Assembly: GCA_965644265.1 (NCBI GenBank)
Contig: OZ286462.1
Coordinates: forward strand, 23,436,001 to 23,500,000
DNA: 64,000 nt
Direction: 5' to 3'
Origin: Glycera tridactyla
Taxonomy: Eukaryota
The notes under the pieces were generated by a model. The model worked only from the letters and a program-made list of their open reading frames with translations. It was not told where the DNA came from and searched no databases. Made by a program: the position numbers and the translations under genes. The stretch's first letter is position 1. Each line of letters opens with the position of its first letter. Of this stretch, positions 12,642 to 26,159 are shown piece by piece.

Positions 12642-14482
12642 TTGCGATCCATTGGATCCAAATGGTTTACTCTGTGACCTTGACAACGTCCATGATGACC
12701 TGAGTGATCGCCGCGGTGATGGCGGTGCACTACTTGTGTCTGAGGATTCTGATGAGATGCTCTTTCTGTCTGAGCTGCCGCCACCAAAGAGTGAACGAAG
12801 AGGGCTTGCAGCTCGTTCCGCCAGCTTGCCGAAGGAACTGTGTCGATGAAGTAGGGGACTAGACTTGGGGGACCCAAAACCCTTCGGTGACGAGCTCTGG
12901 GTAAATGTCTGTGAACGATTCACTGCCTTTGATGAACTTGAGTCACTCTCTGTTTCACTCTCATTATCTTGGCTATTACCAAGTTCAAATGTCAGTAACT
13001 TGCGCGTGAAAGACGGAGAACGATGCCGAGATGACAGTTTACCATCATCATCGGGGCTCTCTCCATTTACAGGTTCCTCTTCGCCCTTAGTCACACATTC
13101 TGGTTGAAATATCTCAGGCTCAGGTTCCGGGTTTGGAACGGTGTCCTCTTTATCAATTGTCCAATTCTTTTCACTGATTTCTGCTGCTTTCGCCAATATT
13201 TCTGTGCTCACACTCAGTGGTTTGGGCTTTTGTGGTGATCCACCGAATGTACTCAGTGCTTTGAGCTCAGCCTGTCGACGGGCTACTTTACTCTGGTTAT
13301 CTTTGACACTACCACCACGTCTATACACATGGATCTCTTCGGTTTTACTCTCTTGACTGCTCACACTGTCTTTGGGCATATCTGCCGAGTCACTTTTGCA
13401 CCGAACTATCTTACACAGTGTTGGGTCTGAACCAGAATGTGACTGAATCAGATTGACATAGTTTGATTTTCGATTATCAAGGGTTAACTGAGGATGCTCA
13501 TAACTTGGAGATGGGCTGTTACCTTCTCCATCAGTAGAGTTACTGCGACTGTGACCTACGGGGATGCTGCTGCGACGGGGCGGGGGTGGCGGAGGAATAC
13601 GAGAGCGTGAACCACTCAAACAGGCGGAACTGCCACTCAGCTGTTGGCTCAGATCTTTACCTCGATGAACGGGACTACTGTCAGCACTTTTGATATCGGT
13701 ATTACGTTGATAAATGTGGATGAATTTATCAATACTTGTCTGTGAATCAGAACTCTTGAGACTGGTGGCTGATCCTTCCATGGAACTGATTCTTTGTGGT
13801 GGTTGTGGCGGAGCAATTTTTTCAGTGTCATCAGAGGCCTGACTTGACTGTACAGGCCTTACAACAGCCCGTAACACTTCAGTACTTCCAGATTTTGGTG
13901 TCATGATGCGCTCGTTATGAAACTTGGCAATTAGTTCTGAGACATGTGGAGCATTTTCCATACTGGGTGACTTGATCTCTATCGGGGGAACTATTTTCAA
14001 CTCATCCATTTCGCCATTGGAAGAAGGTGGTGGTGGTATCACCCATTTCATATATTCATCCTCGAGTACAAGAGAATCTTCGGTAGCATCCCATGAGGCT
14101 GAATTAGAATCGGGTGGAGGTGGAAATGAGGCAGAGCTGCGACTGGATCGAATAGAGAGTGACGATGCTTGCATTTCTGGTGGAGGCGGTAAATCGTGTT
14201 GGTCAGGACTGTCGTGTGGCGGCGGTGGTACTGTTAAACTGGCAATCAATGCATCGATATCATCGGTCATCTGAGAGATGTACGGTTTATCCTCAACCAC
14301 ATTAGATAGCTTGCCACCCTCAGACATTGCATCCATCCAGTTCCCGGAAAGATCAACATTCTCTGAGGAGATGGTTTCATTTCCTGAGTCGGTCTCGCTG
14401 TCAACCCCACACTCACGTTCCAGATCACGCCGGTGAAGCTTCAAGGGATCGCCTGCACCAAGGTTCAGCCCTGTGCTAGAAC
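12642..14482 (-). CDS. FRMPD4: FRMPD4/Preso-like gene, large internal exon (1841 nt, disordered Pro/Ser-rich)
   Basis: Acceptor ttgtttttcag|GT (phase 1) and donor CAA|gtaagt (phase 0). Lies within the 641-aa ORF. Contains DSETDSGNETISSE, matching vertebrate FRMPD4 ESSSDSGNETNSSE as recalled. Confidence 0.88.
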
Positions 14483-15480
14483 CTGAAAAACAATATATCA
14501 CAATCAATTAATTGAGATTTTGCTTGGAATTTATTTGGAATAGTTACCTTTTGGGAAATGCCAAATATGTGGTCATTTAGTGCTCATTGATAGAATCATT
14601 TTCTTACCCATTTTACCTCAAATAGTTTCGTTAGATATCAATGATTCAATCCATAGATTCTCGCAAGAAACTTCTCACAGTTGGCTAAAAAATTTTAGGA
14701 TCTTCAGCTTATGATCAAATGAGTGATCTGTGGTATAGAAGCAAGAACCTATGACTTTGTCAAATCCAAGGGCGAGTTCACCCAGAGCAATATTATGAAT
14801 GCATTTGATGACCATGCATTCTTGCAATGGTCTATTAGATGGGACTGAGTGACTGAGCCAATAATTAACTGGATCTTATGTTCCAAGGTGAGGCAGTCCT
14901 TGGAGATTGGAGCCGTGGATGTGAAGTCTGAATAAGTTCACTTAGGAAATTGGCAAATGAGTGACAAAATTAGATTAAACAGCATCACCGGCTCGATGTA
15001 TCTCCGCAGGGTGGAATGATAAGGGAATTTTTGGGGCAGGATAAAACCTGATAGAAATTCACTTGCAGTACCACACTCCATAAGGAGAATATACATTTCT
15101 TTCATACAAGACTAAATTACTTTGCATATGCAACTGCAAGTAAAACAACAACCAGCAGGAAGAGGAACGGAAAAGCTTCCATACAGCAAGTGAATATTTA
15201 GTGAATGACTAGATAGAATACCTGCATTCATGACCATCATTGAATGTATGCACTAGCATGAACTAAGCATATTCACCACCTGGATCCTCATAGATTCAAA
15301 TCTAAAATGCTGACTGCATCTATAACTATTTGCCCATGATTTGATCTTTCAAGTCAATTATTTGACAGTCCTGAATGTTTGAATTCACCATAGACTACAC
15401 AACCTACTGTCTGTCTGTCTATCTGTCTGTCTGTCTGCCTGTCTGTCTGTTTATCAGCCTCTGATTTGCATGATACATAC

Positions 15481-15795
15481 CGTTCCCTAAAAGTATTGCA
15501 TCCATGGCCTCAAGTTGCGCACTCAGGTCTTGATTAGAGTGGACCAGTGCATCAATACGCTCACGGATCGGGGTCGGTAAGTCGGCCAGGTCAGGTGGCA
15601 GGTCAACCAAGTCGGGTGGCATCTCCGCAACATTTGATGGGAGTAGGTCCGGCGGAACTGCATGACCGTTGTGCCTATTGCGGGGTGGTGAGCTGGAATC
15701 ATCGAACCCCGGAGGCGGGACGCTCATCGATAACGAAGTGAAATCGATGAGCGTCTCGTCATCCGGGGTTTTTGGTGGAGGAATCAGCGTGAGGT
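15481..15795 (-). CDS. FRMPD4: FRMPD4/Preso-like gene, internal exon (315 nt) with Homer-ligand PPxxF
   Basis: Acceptor tttgtttacag|AC and donor AACG|gtatgt, phase 1-1. Encodes (D)LTLIPPPKTPDDETLIDFTSLSMSVPPPGF, similar to human FRMPD4 DLTSLPPP...AIAAPPPGF as recalled. Confidence 0.88.
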
Positions 15796-15954
15796 CTGTA
15801 AACAAACAAAAGATACATGGTCATTATTCACAACTGCCAAATTCACACTATCATTACAAATATACAAATACAGTATATAAATGGTAAGAGTATTGCTGAA
15901 ATGAAAAGAAAAGCATGTCAGAGTTTTGAGTGCTCTGCTGATGTTGATGATATC

Positions 15955-16325
15955 CTGCTCATACATGAGTACATCATGATTAAGTGCTCAATTGTTTTCA
16001 GTGGGCCTGTAAAATAACAAGATTATAGTAAGAAACAACACTCTTCCATTGCTCATACATGAGTACATTATGATTGAGTGCTCAATTCTTTTCAGTGGGC
16101 CTGTAAAATAACTATATTATAGTAAGAAATAACACTCTTCCACTGCTCATACATGAGTACATTATGATTGAGTGCTCAATTCTTTTCAGTGGACCTGTAA
16201 AATAACTAGATTATAGTAAGAAATAACACTCTTCCACTGCTCATACATGAGTACATTATGATTGAGTGCTCAATTCTTTTCAGTGGGCCTGTAAAATAAC
16301 TATATTATAGTAAGAAATAACACTG
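15955..16325. repeat. 94-bp minisatellite, 4 copies
   Basis: GCTCATACATGAGTAC recurs at 15957, 16051, 16145 and 16239. Confidence 0.95.
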
Positions 16326-18172
16326 TTCCTTGATACAGAAGTATTTCAGTCACCAACACACCTCTGCATTTACACATTACATCCTGGTTTGAAGCCTGAT
16401 AATCTGCCTGACACTGATCACTTGCTGAGTACCAGTAGGGAGGAAGTGCGTACTCATTTATTCTACCTTAGATGCACATTACAATAGAACAAGATGCTAA
16501 TGAAAATTAGGGCTTACAAATATCATAATACAGTCCTACTGCAATGCACTCATTACAGCGAGTCTCAGGTAAAAAATTGGGTCTACTTGGTCTCATACCT
16601 GGACTCACACACAACTAGAGCTGTGATATAAAGGCAAAGAGAACAATCACTGTCAAGCAAGCCATGGCTTCTTAGAATTATCTGACACCTGACCACAGGT
16701 CACACTCTCTAGCAGACAGAGTTGATTAGCCACCAGGTGCTTTCGGGGGGTTTAGTCAATCCAATTTATGGTCTTATGAGTTGGAAATAGAGAATTCAAA
16801 TTACCAGTAATCAGATTTAGTTTTTGGAACCACTTGAAAGGAAGGGGAAAAGGGATTCTCTGGGGGAGAAAGATGGACCTGTGAGGGCCAGGAAACCTTC
16901 TCATCACCGGTGACATCTCAAAAATAGAGAACTTAACCCAAAAATGAAATGAAATAGGATTAGCATAATTTGAGAAACCTTAGTACCCATTATATCGAGT
17001 CATAACCTCATGACACCTCAAGTAATTTTCATGCCTCAATAAATGTTATCGAAATCACATCCTTTCAAACCACTTTGGATGAAAAATAGGAGATCATACA
17101 GTTGGTGGCCCTCAGTATCATATTATGATGATATGATTTCCATGAGTATGATACTTCCAGCTGTGATGATTTCCAATGGGAGGAATGGTGGGCTGAAAGG
17201 GGAGGTGTGAACATATGCCCTACCAACTCCTCCTGGGAAGCGTTGACTTGGCATGGGTTCACAAGGAGGCCCTATAAAATCTAGGCCTATAGGCCTAAAA
17301 TGGTTTGGAAGCAAATAATCAAGAATGGAATCAGTATCAATCCCCGTGGCAGATGACCGAGGAGGTACATCATAAAACATTACCATCCAGTTTTAAGGGA
17401 GGATGGAATCTTTGATAAGTAGGTAGGTAGGTAGGTTGATTGGTTCGTAGGTTGGTTGGTTGAATGCTTGCTTTGGATGCATGGAATCTAAATAAAGAAA
17501 ATATATCACCAATACATCCAACTTACTCAGAGATATCAGGAACGGTTGTTCTTGGTGCTGCTGGGGCAGTGGGGTCAACAAGGTGCTGACCTGGCCTCCA
17601 AAAGGAGCCCTGAGTGATGAGTATAGAATGGGCTTGATGCTATCTCATCCCATGAAAAAAATGATGGTAATCAATACGGACTTTATATAATGGAGAAGGG
17701 AAATGGGCAGGCCAAAGATCAAGATGAGCAGGATGACTAACAGATTGACCTGCTAATGAGGAAGTCTTCACTTCTAGTGACCACAGTTGAATTTCACCCT
17801 CCCTCTGCAAGGAACATGGCACTTCACTGATGGGTGACGGCAGGAAGGGAAACGCGTAATAGGCGCCAGATCCATGTAATGTAATGCTGTGAGTCTCGTA
17901 ATCAATTCTCCACCTCCACTTCCATGATCCAAATGTAATCTTCACTCTTTGATTGCACAAGATGTTTCCTCAGACCTGGTACTGGATTTGATATGGCGCA
18001 AGGGGTGTTCCATTTATATAAGATTCATACTTAGCTTGTGAGCTTCATGGCATTTATTTGCTTTGCTCCTGGAACTACAGTGAAACCGACTCAAAATGCA
18101 TCAAATGGACGAAGGCTACCTTCATACAAGTACCACTCCTAAAAGTCACTAGCAATTGCATATTGTGTAATA

Positions 18173-18351
18173 CAGTTGAACCTCCTCTGAAGACCACCTC
18201 TCCATAAAGACCAACTCTATCTGGAGGCCACCCTGAGCTGCGACAGTGGTGGTATTTTCAACAGGGAATGACCTCTCTATAAAGACTACCTCCCTGTAAA
18301 GGCCACTTTTTTTATGGGACTGAAGGCAGTCTCTATAGAGAGATTCAACTG
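18173..18351. mobile_element. TA-flanked MITE, family B
   Basis: TA|CAGTTGAA...TTCAACTG|TA with GACCACC/TATAAAGAC subrepeats. Confidence 0.75.
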
Positions 18352-18597
18352 TATAACAAAACCAATTCTCACTCCAACCAACCAGCCACGCAACCAAAAG
18401 TCCAACCATCCAACAAAATAACCGATGACTGCATGCCAAGCAGTAGAGTCTAGCAAATAATCACAAAATTTCACATTTGTGATTTTATACTTAGGTCTAC
18501 TTAGCATATCCACATCACTCAAGGCTCACCTTTTGTCTGAATGATACGGAGTCTGAGAAAAATCAATATTGCACACCGCACACAAGAAATGTTGAAT

Positions 18598-18735
18598 GTT
18601 TCCATGGCAACCACTGTTTTGTGCATTAAATAATCAATACCATGTTGTTATGCAGGGTCACCATGGCAACAAGTGGAGGCAACGAGGGCTAAATCCCTGA
18701 TTGGGAGGTAGCATCTAGGTGGTTACCATGGCAAC
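18598..18735. promoter_or_regulatory. Cluster of three RFX X-box palindromes
   Basis: GTTTCCATGGCAAC (18598), GTCACCATGGCAAC (18657), GTTACCATGGCAAC (18722). Confidence 0.55.
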
Positions 18736-19149
18736 GATGGCCATCGGTCTTCAGAAAGCAATCAACAGGCAATAATAACAAGCTGTCCCAGGACCTTCGA
18801 TTGCATTCCTGGGAAACTTATTTCTCAGCTTGCTCCACATCAGTCTTATCAACTTCTATCCAAGAAAACCCTCCAAGAATGATGTGGCACATGTGGTATC
18901 TCACCCGACCGACAGGTTATACAGAGAAACCTGTCTTACTAAAATGTGTACTCTCATGCTTCTCCCCAGAATATGATAGTCAGAGAATGGGGGCTTCAAT
19001 TCTCCAAATGCAGGTTCATCTGTTATCTTTTCATCATCTGCCTTCACCATATTTGCCTCAGAAATAGTGTAGGGAATGTTCACCATTGATGAATGATGCA
19101 GTCAACTATGATATGAATTCGAGCAGTACCCCAGAGCTCTATTCATTTA

Positions 19150-19327
19150 CAGTCCAACCTGCCTATAATGGTAACTTTCAGTCACATATAAAAATGGCCT
19201 TTATGGACAGGTGGCCTTTATAGAGGAGTCATTTACTTTTGAAAATGCCATCATGTTCGCAGCTCAGGGTGGCCTTTACAGCCAGGTGGCCTTTATAGGG
19301 AGGTGGTCTCTTGAGCAGGTTTGACTG
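19150..19327. mobile_element. MITE, family B (opposite orientation)
   Basis: TA|CAGTCCAACCTGC...GCAGGTTTGACTG; core is the reverse complement of the 18173 copy. Confidence 0.7.
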
Positions 19328-20660
19328 TTATTCAGAAAATACTGAGACAGACTGAATATATGCCATCTCGCAATGATGCAGGCCATTCCAGAGTTTGGTG
19401 GACATCTATGGATCCACCAAATTATTTAACACAAGTGGATAGGTATCAGACAAGATGATGGGCTCATCGTTAGCAAGGCGATCATCTAGCTTAGTACATT
19501 GTTGCCATGGCAGCCTGGTGCTTCAAGAGTGCCCTGGGCTGGTATGAGATGATTCCCTCTGATTAGATTTAGGATTGGGGGAATGTTTAGAAGGATTTAA
19601 GCAGCTTTTGATCATAGACATGGTGATACTTTCCAAATGGAGGAGATCAGAGATTCGAAATATGACTTTGATAAGAAAAGGGTAGCCAAGCACCACACAG
19701 GTAAAATATTTGTTTTACAGTATACATATCTAGACAATATATTTGAGAAATGACCTGTTCCTCCAGTCTCACATAATCCATCCAGGGTTAATGAGATATT
19801 AATCATTACTTAAATTATGAATAATTAATCAGCTGTTGTTCAATCAAACAATTGATTAATAAGCTGTTGTGGCAGTTCCTTTACACATGAGTATTGCCAG
19901 GGAGTGGCTCATTTCAATATATTTCAGGAAACAACCACAGTTAGGATCAGATGCTGGAATCTCATGTGAAATCAATGTAGCAGTGAGATATACAGATCCC
20001 GTATTCCGATCACATCCTCGATGCGAACTCCTAGGGGCGACATCTATCTGACAAACACTGCTACCGACACCGCCGCCGCACACTTCCAGCAGCCACAAAC
20101 AGCAGGCAAGCGGCACGCAATTAACGGAGAGATCGTGCGGAATTGCACACAAAACACTGACTGACACCTCACACCACCATTTGTATTGTCTCGGCTGACA
20201 GCCCATTCATCATATCGGGAATTGGAGACCCCAACTCAGCAATTATCAGAATTTACAACTCTCTATCATCCCCACATACAGAGATGCAAATCATCACTGG
20301 TCTCTGACACAGCTCACTTCTAGATTTCTGGCTACATCCCTGTGGAGCGGAACTTGTTGACGGGATTACAAAAGTAAGATAAGAAGATTGCACCACTAGT
20401 TACCATAGAACTTCCAGATAACAATGAAAAATGCAAACAGCACCATATGTCAGGGCATTGTATTCAACCACCAACTATAGACAGTGTTCTGTCCATAACC
20501 AATTTCAAATTGAATATCCACCATTTCTCCTTGCAGGCATGACTTGTGCAAAGCAATTACAACACAAATCACCAAAGCAGTTTTTTCAACAATGGACAGG
20601 TAGTGAGCATGGCGCTTTTCATCAATTCTCTCAGCCTCATGCTCAGGACAGGTTCCAGTA

Positions 20661-20820
20661 CAGTCGAACCTGCTCCAAAGACCACCTCTCTATAGAGACC
20701 ACCTAAGCTGCAACCGTGGTAGTGTTTTCAACAGTAGATTACCTCTCTATAAAGACCACCTACCTATAAAGACCACTTTTTTATGTGACCAAAGGCGGTC
20801 TTTATAGACAGGTTAGACTG
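20661..20820. mobile_element. MITE, family B
   Basis: TA|CAGTCGAACCTG...CAGGTTAGACTG|TA. Confidence 0.78.
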
Positions 20821-21734
20821 TATATGCCATTCTGCAAGTGTGAATCTGGTCACTTCTAATGATATTACATACATAATTCCTGTCCAGTAATCTATAGATT
20901 GGCAAGCTTTGGACATGATTTCACATTCACAATTTTGTGGCTGGCATTTGGAGTTTCAGACATCTGAATTTTTTCTTTGGAGCATGATTTTGTAATTTTT
21001 AATCTTAAAAAGCAGGGTTGTCCCCGCTATATGAACCTTTGGGTGACCCACCTAAGCCCTTTTTTTCACCACCTAAGCCTTTTTCCATTGAATTTTACCA
21101 CCTAAGCCTAATTTTCTCAAGAAATGATAGTTCTCCCTTATCCTTGCAGCCATTTAGGCCATTATTGTGGCCTTGAACCATATTTGCAGATTTTATCACC
21201 TTTTACGAAATTTACCTATGAATGAATGTGTACCACCTGAGCCTCTCAGCAAATCAGGCAAATCCAAAAAAAGTATGCTACATGTGCGAATTTCTGGTGT
21301 CTAAGAAACATGTGAGTGGATTAGCAGCAAACCAGAGTGATGTCTCTCGTTCATTCTCTCAAAGATGTGGGGTTGGGGCAGGACAAAATGGCAAACGTTG
21401 CAGCTTCTACATGGTTCAATGAATCAATAAGGGAGGCGTGTCCTGTCAGAATCAGGAGCAATTCATAACACAAGTGAGCGGCAATCATATGCAATCAGTG
21501 GAATGCAGGTTGGGTGGAAATTAGAGTGCCAACTGGTGAGCATGGCGTGGTTCATCATCATTATTTCACACCTAATTCACACCCCCACAGCCCTGTGAGT
21601 CGGCTCCCACTACACCCGCTCACTCCATGCTCACACCTGCCATATACATTCACCATGAGTCGCAGATTGAGGGTCTACTTCACAATGAATGAGAGCACTA
21701 GAAAATGACAGAACGGCTCTTTCCTGCTGTGGTT

Positions 21735-22085
21735 TTCCCACTTCACTAAATGTACCCATTAATGAAATAGGATCTGGGCTCATTTCACTAAAGGAGGAAT
21801 ACAGTACCCATTAGTGGGACAGGCTTTGGGGTTCATATCTGCTACGGTTTCCCCACCTCTCACTAAATCCACCCATCAGTGAAACATGCCCTTGGGGACC
21901 ATTTCACTAGAGAAGGAATACAGTACCCATTAGTGGGACAAGCTTTGGGGTTCATATCTGCTACGGTTTCCCACCTCTCACTAAATCCACCCATCAGTGA
22001 AACATGCCCTTGGGGACCATTTCACTAGAGAAGGAATACAGTACCCATTAGGGTAAGGCTTTGGGGGTTCATTTCACTGAAGGAG
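21735..22085. repeat. ~120-bp tandem repeat, ~3 copies, with ~40-bp internal subunits
   Basis: CATTTCACTA...GGAATACAGTACCCATTAG recurs three times. Confidence 0.9.
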
Positions 22086-23001
22086 CTACAATGATATCAG
22101 TGATTTCAATTGACAGAAAGCTCCATTCACTGCCACCATCGCTGCAGCCACTACCACCATCGCCACCATGCCACCACCACCTCATAGGAGAATAATTTTA
22201 AAACGAGAGGATGACCATAGTCCATTCAATTGAAGGATCTGATTCTAAAAATGGGCATTCCTAACATGAACAGACTATACCACGCACCCTCGTCAGATAA
22301 GTGGAGTAGGTGAATCCATGTCGGGCATCACAGCCTGAATCCACACCGATTGTCATGAACAGCAAACATGATTTGTTGGTTGGATGGTGCCAGACATGCC
22401 TCATCTCTATACACACACCACCGACATCACCCCTGGGATGCAACAGAAATATGACGACCATGGAGAAAAAATATGAGTTGATAAAAAGTCAGTGAGAGCT
22501 AGGCAATATGACTTTCCGATATGACTATCTTGGGTGGTTCAAGTTGGTAAGTGAGGATGTGAAGAGCTCAGTCAACAATGAGAGTCGTATTGTTTTAATA
22601 TTGACTGTGGGTGTATTATCACTAGGTTAACTGATAAGGTAGACAAAGGGCTTTCCAGCAAGACTGTCACTTGTGTACTCTTGAAATGTAACCAACATCT
22701 TGTGGAGAGGAGGTACACTCTTAGATAGTCTATGTATATTTGTGTTTATCAATCTTTATAAAACAATCCTTCTCAAAAAGTAGAATTTTTGCATATAAAT
22801 TAACCCTCATTTTTGCTCTAATTTAACAGGGTATAGTCAGTAAAGAAATACCATGGAACCTGTGATAAGTGACTCCTTGTTGTGAAACCACCTATTCAGA
22901 GAGATTGCTTTCAATAAACCCCTTTTCTATCTGACATAATTGAACATATAGACCTGCAACAAGAAACCACCTGCTTTGTAAGACCACTCTGCCATGATGT
23001 A

Positions 23002-23178
23002 CAGTGAAATCAGTGACAAGCAACCACCCTAAATGTTGCCAAAAAGTGGTCTCTCAAAAGAGATGGTCTCTCGTTGGAGGTATATTTGATTATGTCAAAT
23101 AGAAAAGCTGCCCTGGAAATGCGGTCTCCAGTTGGAGGTGGTCTCCTATCAGCGGGTGTTTTGTTGAAGGTTTCACTG
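23002..23178. mobile_element. MITE, family A
   Basis: TA|CAGTGAAA...TTTCACTG|TA with the family A core. Confidence 0.72.
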
Positions 23179-26159
23179 TATAGGACACTCTTTCATCATG
23201 AGTTCCATTCGTTGTGAAGACAAACAGATGAAATTTTCAATATTGGTCACCCATCTGAGTCTGAACCCCTTACACCAATGGACAACAATGCAGTATAATG
23301 GAGAAGCTTGATGATTTGCTCTCGCCTGACCATTACTTGTAGCATATTTTCTTCCAGCTGTCATGAGATCATGCCAGGGTCCATCTAGCTCATTCTGTAT
23401 TACATCAATCAAATACATACATCTCCATAATCTGAGAAATGCAGGATGCTGTTGCCATGGCAGCCAAGTAGCAGGTGGTAGAGACAGCATCTGTGGCCAC
23501 ATAGTCTTCATAACCTAGGTCCAGTCTGTCCGTGTGTCGTCTTGTCTCATCTCGTAACATCAACGGGCAAGCCATGTTGGCGGATGTCACATCAACATAT
23601 CGTAGTATGATAAGTGTTGGTATAGCACGACCAGTCTCCTCTGTCTTGGTTAGCAACCAATATCACTCCCAATGTTATGACTATGGCCTGCCATGGATCT
23701 ATATCATCATCATCTATACTCCAGATCACCCACACACTAAATAATATATACTAAGAATTGCCAACTTTGAAACCATGAGCAACCAAATAAGTACAACTTG
23801 AACCCACAGAATAAGGATGAAGGCTCAAATGCCCAGCAATTTACATGAATATCTTGCCAAGGGAAATGACTGATTCAAAACCACAGGCTGATGCTCTCAA
23901 AATCTGCTGAATCTACTCCCAGTTTGGTGACAACACAATAAATCCCGGTTCATGGCATGGGGACAGATGATATAACTTTCCAATTGGATTCAATCGTTCC
24001 ATCCATCCTGCGAGATTCTTGGTTGTGACCAGATTTTGTAATATCACAGGAAGTAATGAGCATTTGCTGGAGTGAAGAATACAAGTCAAGTTCAAGCCCC
24101 CTTCTGGAAGTCAGAAAAAGGGGATTTCATATAAATTTTCATACTAGACATGCTTGTAATTCTCATACCTTCTCCATTCTTCCTCATATTTTTTTCCTCT
24201 CTTGTTGAGGTGTTTCAGTGCATGATGAACTGGCATGATATTTTTATGGATTTTCCCAGTACAAAAAGTTGTCTTTGCATCTGCATTGACCTTCATACAT
24301 GTTGCATGCTGAATATCCTGGTACAGCTCTACTGGCGGAAGGTAGCTTGATTTACATGCAACATTAAGGGTACTGGGTGCAGCATCAAAAAGCTCCAGGG
24401 ATATTAGTTCCTGCTCCGAAGTGTCATCTGACGGACATTACAGGGCAATCTCCCATTTGATGAGAAGCATGAGCCACACTGATAAACATTAAACAAGGTC
24501 ATCACAACCAGTCACATGTGACATATATCAGTTTTATTCAGGGTAGTGAAACCTGAAGTGGTGAAACAGTAATGAACACACACAGAAGGCATGGATGAAC
24601 TTCATTTAGTATAGTGAAACCCGCAACCATTTAGAGCATTCGACCAACAAGCACTTCTCATCGGTGTGCCTGCAGACTGTTCAGTTGAGCTAAAAGAAGA
24701 AACATTCGCCAATTCCCCCATCAAATATTCTTTATTCTTAGAGTCTGAGAGAAGTATGGGGACCATGTTACCATTACAAAACATTAGCCCTTGCAACTGG
24801 ACACCGTACGGTTATCATGTTATCAGACACTAACTTGGTACCAGTGTTATACTGGATACAATACTGGCCCAGCCTCAAATATATCTTAGGTCATTCATAT
24901 GTGAAAATCAAACCAAACTTCAGTGGGAGGTAGGATTTTTTTCTGGTTGTCAGAAAGACTGTAATGGTAGCTGGTCATATCATCACTTTCATAAGGTTGA
25001 GTTGCAAATTGTGCTTCCAAACATTTTTTGAATAAGTTTGAGTAAAGCCTGCTGAAATGATGAGGAACCTATCATTTCGTCTGTATATGCCAATGTGATG
25101 AGTATGAGTGTGTATGGGTGACTGCATGCACACATTTGTGTGTAATACAGTCCAACCTATTTGAGAGACCATCTCTATTCAGAGACCACCTGCCTACAAA
25201 AGCCACTCTATGACTGTGATAAGTATCTCTACAATAAAGAACTTCTCCACGCTGTCTATGAAGACCACTTTTGTATGTAACCTAGGAATGTTTGTGTGGC
25301 TTACTGTACTCAAAACATTCAGACTTCAGACTAGTGATGGGCTGATGTTCGACTATAGTCAATGTCGTTTCGATAGCTCCAACAAATCAAATATTCGAAT
25401 GCCAAGTGAATATGTTTGATTCATCTAAATCTGAGCCTGCCTGGATTTATTGCTCTCATAAGCACCTCTATCCCACTACACATGTGTATTTTGATAGTGG
25501 ATCATCCACATCTGACAACTGCATCAGTTCACCTTGTGATTTCTCTTATCATTTGTGTGAGAAAATTCCAAAATCCCCTTATATAGAAAGTGGTCGAACT
25601 TGCAAAGGAAGCCTATACAATAAATAGGAGCTAGATAGAAGAATTTGCCCATAAAAGTATGTTGGTCGAAAATATGGTAGAACTCAAACATTGTTTGAAG
25701 TTCGTTTGGTTTTGAAAATCAAACTTCAAACATGAAAAACAAATCAAATCCCAACACTACTTCAGACATTAGCGAAGCTTCCTGAATGGGTAGCAATAGC
25801 AGGGTGTGATGGGTTGGGTTGAAGTGTGCTTATCTAGCCCAAGAGGTACCTCCTTCAAGGTATGCTGATCATAGTTAGACTGTAGGACATAGATTATCCT
25901 GCTATAATCCATGATTGGATTAAAGGTGATGGCTTAGCTGCTTCATGACCAGGCTAATGGCATGGTATAAAGCATGATTCTGGCTCATGTGTGTGTATTT
26001 TATGCGGCAATAACCACATAGATGCTCCTCCACCTCGGATTAATGCTACACTGATAGTCAAACTTCCCCCTACTGAGACTCTCTGTTATTATGTCCTGTA
26101 GATCACAAATGTGTGATCGTCATTACTTATTTCTCACCAATTCTTTGTCTTTATCATGG

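Noticed and set aside
16599-16620. 22-nt microexon-like segment with strong splice sites
   Set aside because: Gives a stop or frameshift in every combination tried with neighbouring exons. Could only be a poison or UTR exon.
20318-20339. Another 22-nt AG...GT microexon-like segment
   Set aside because: No independent support; shows that pseudo-exons arise by chance in this intron.
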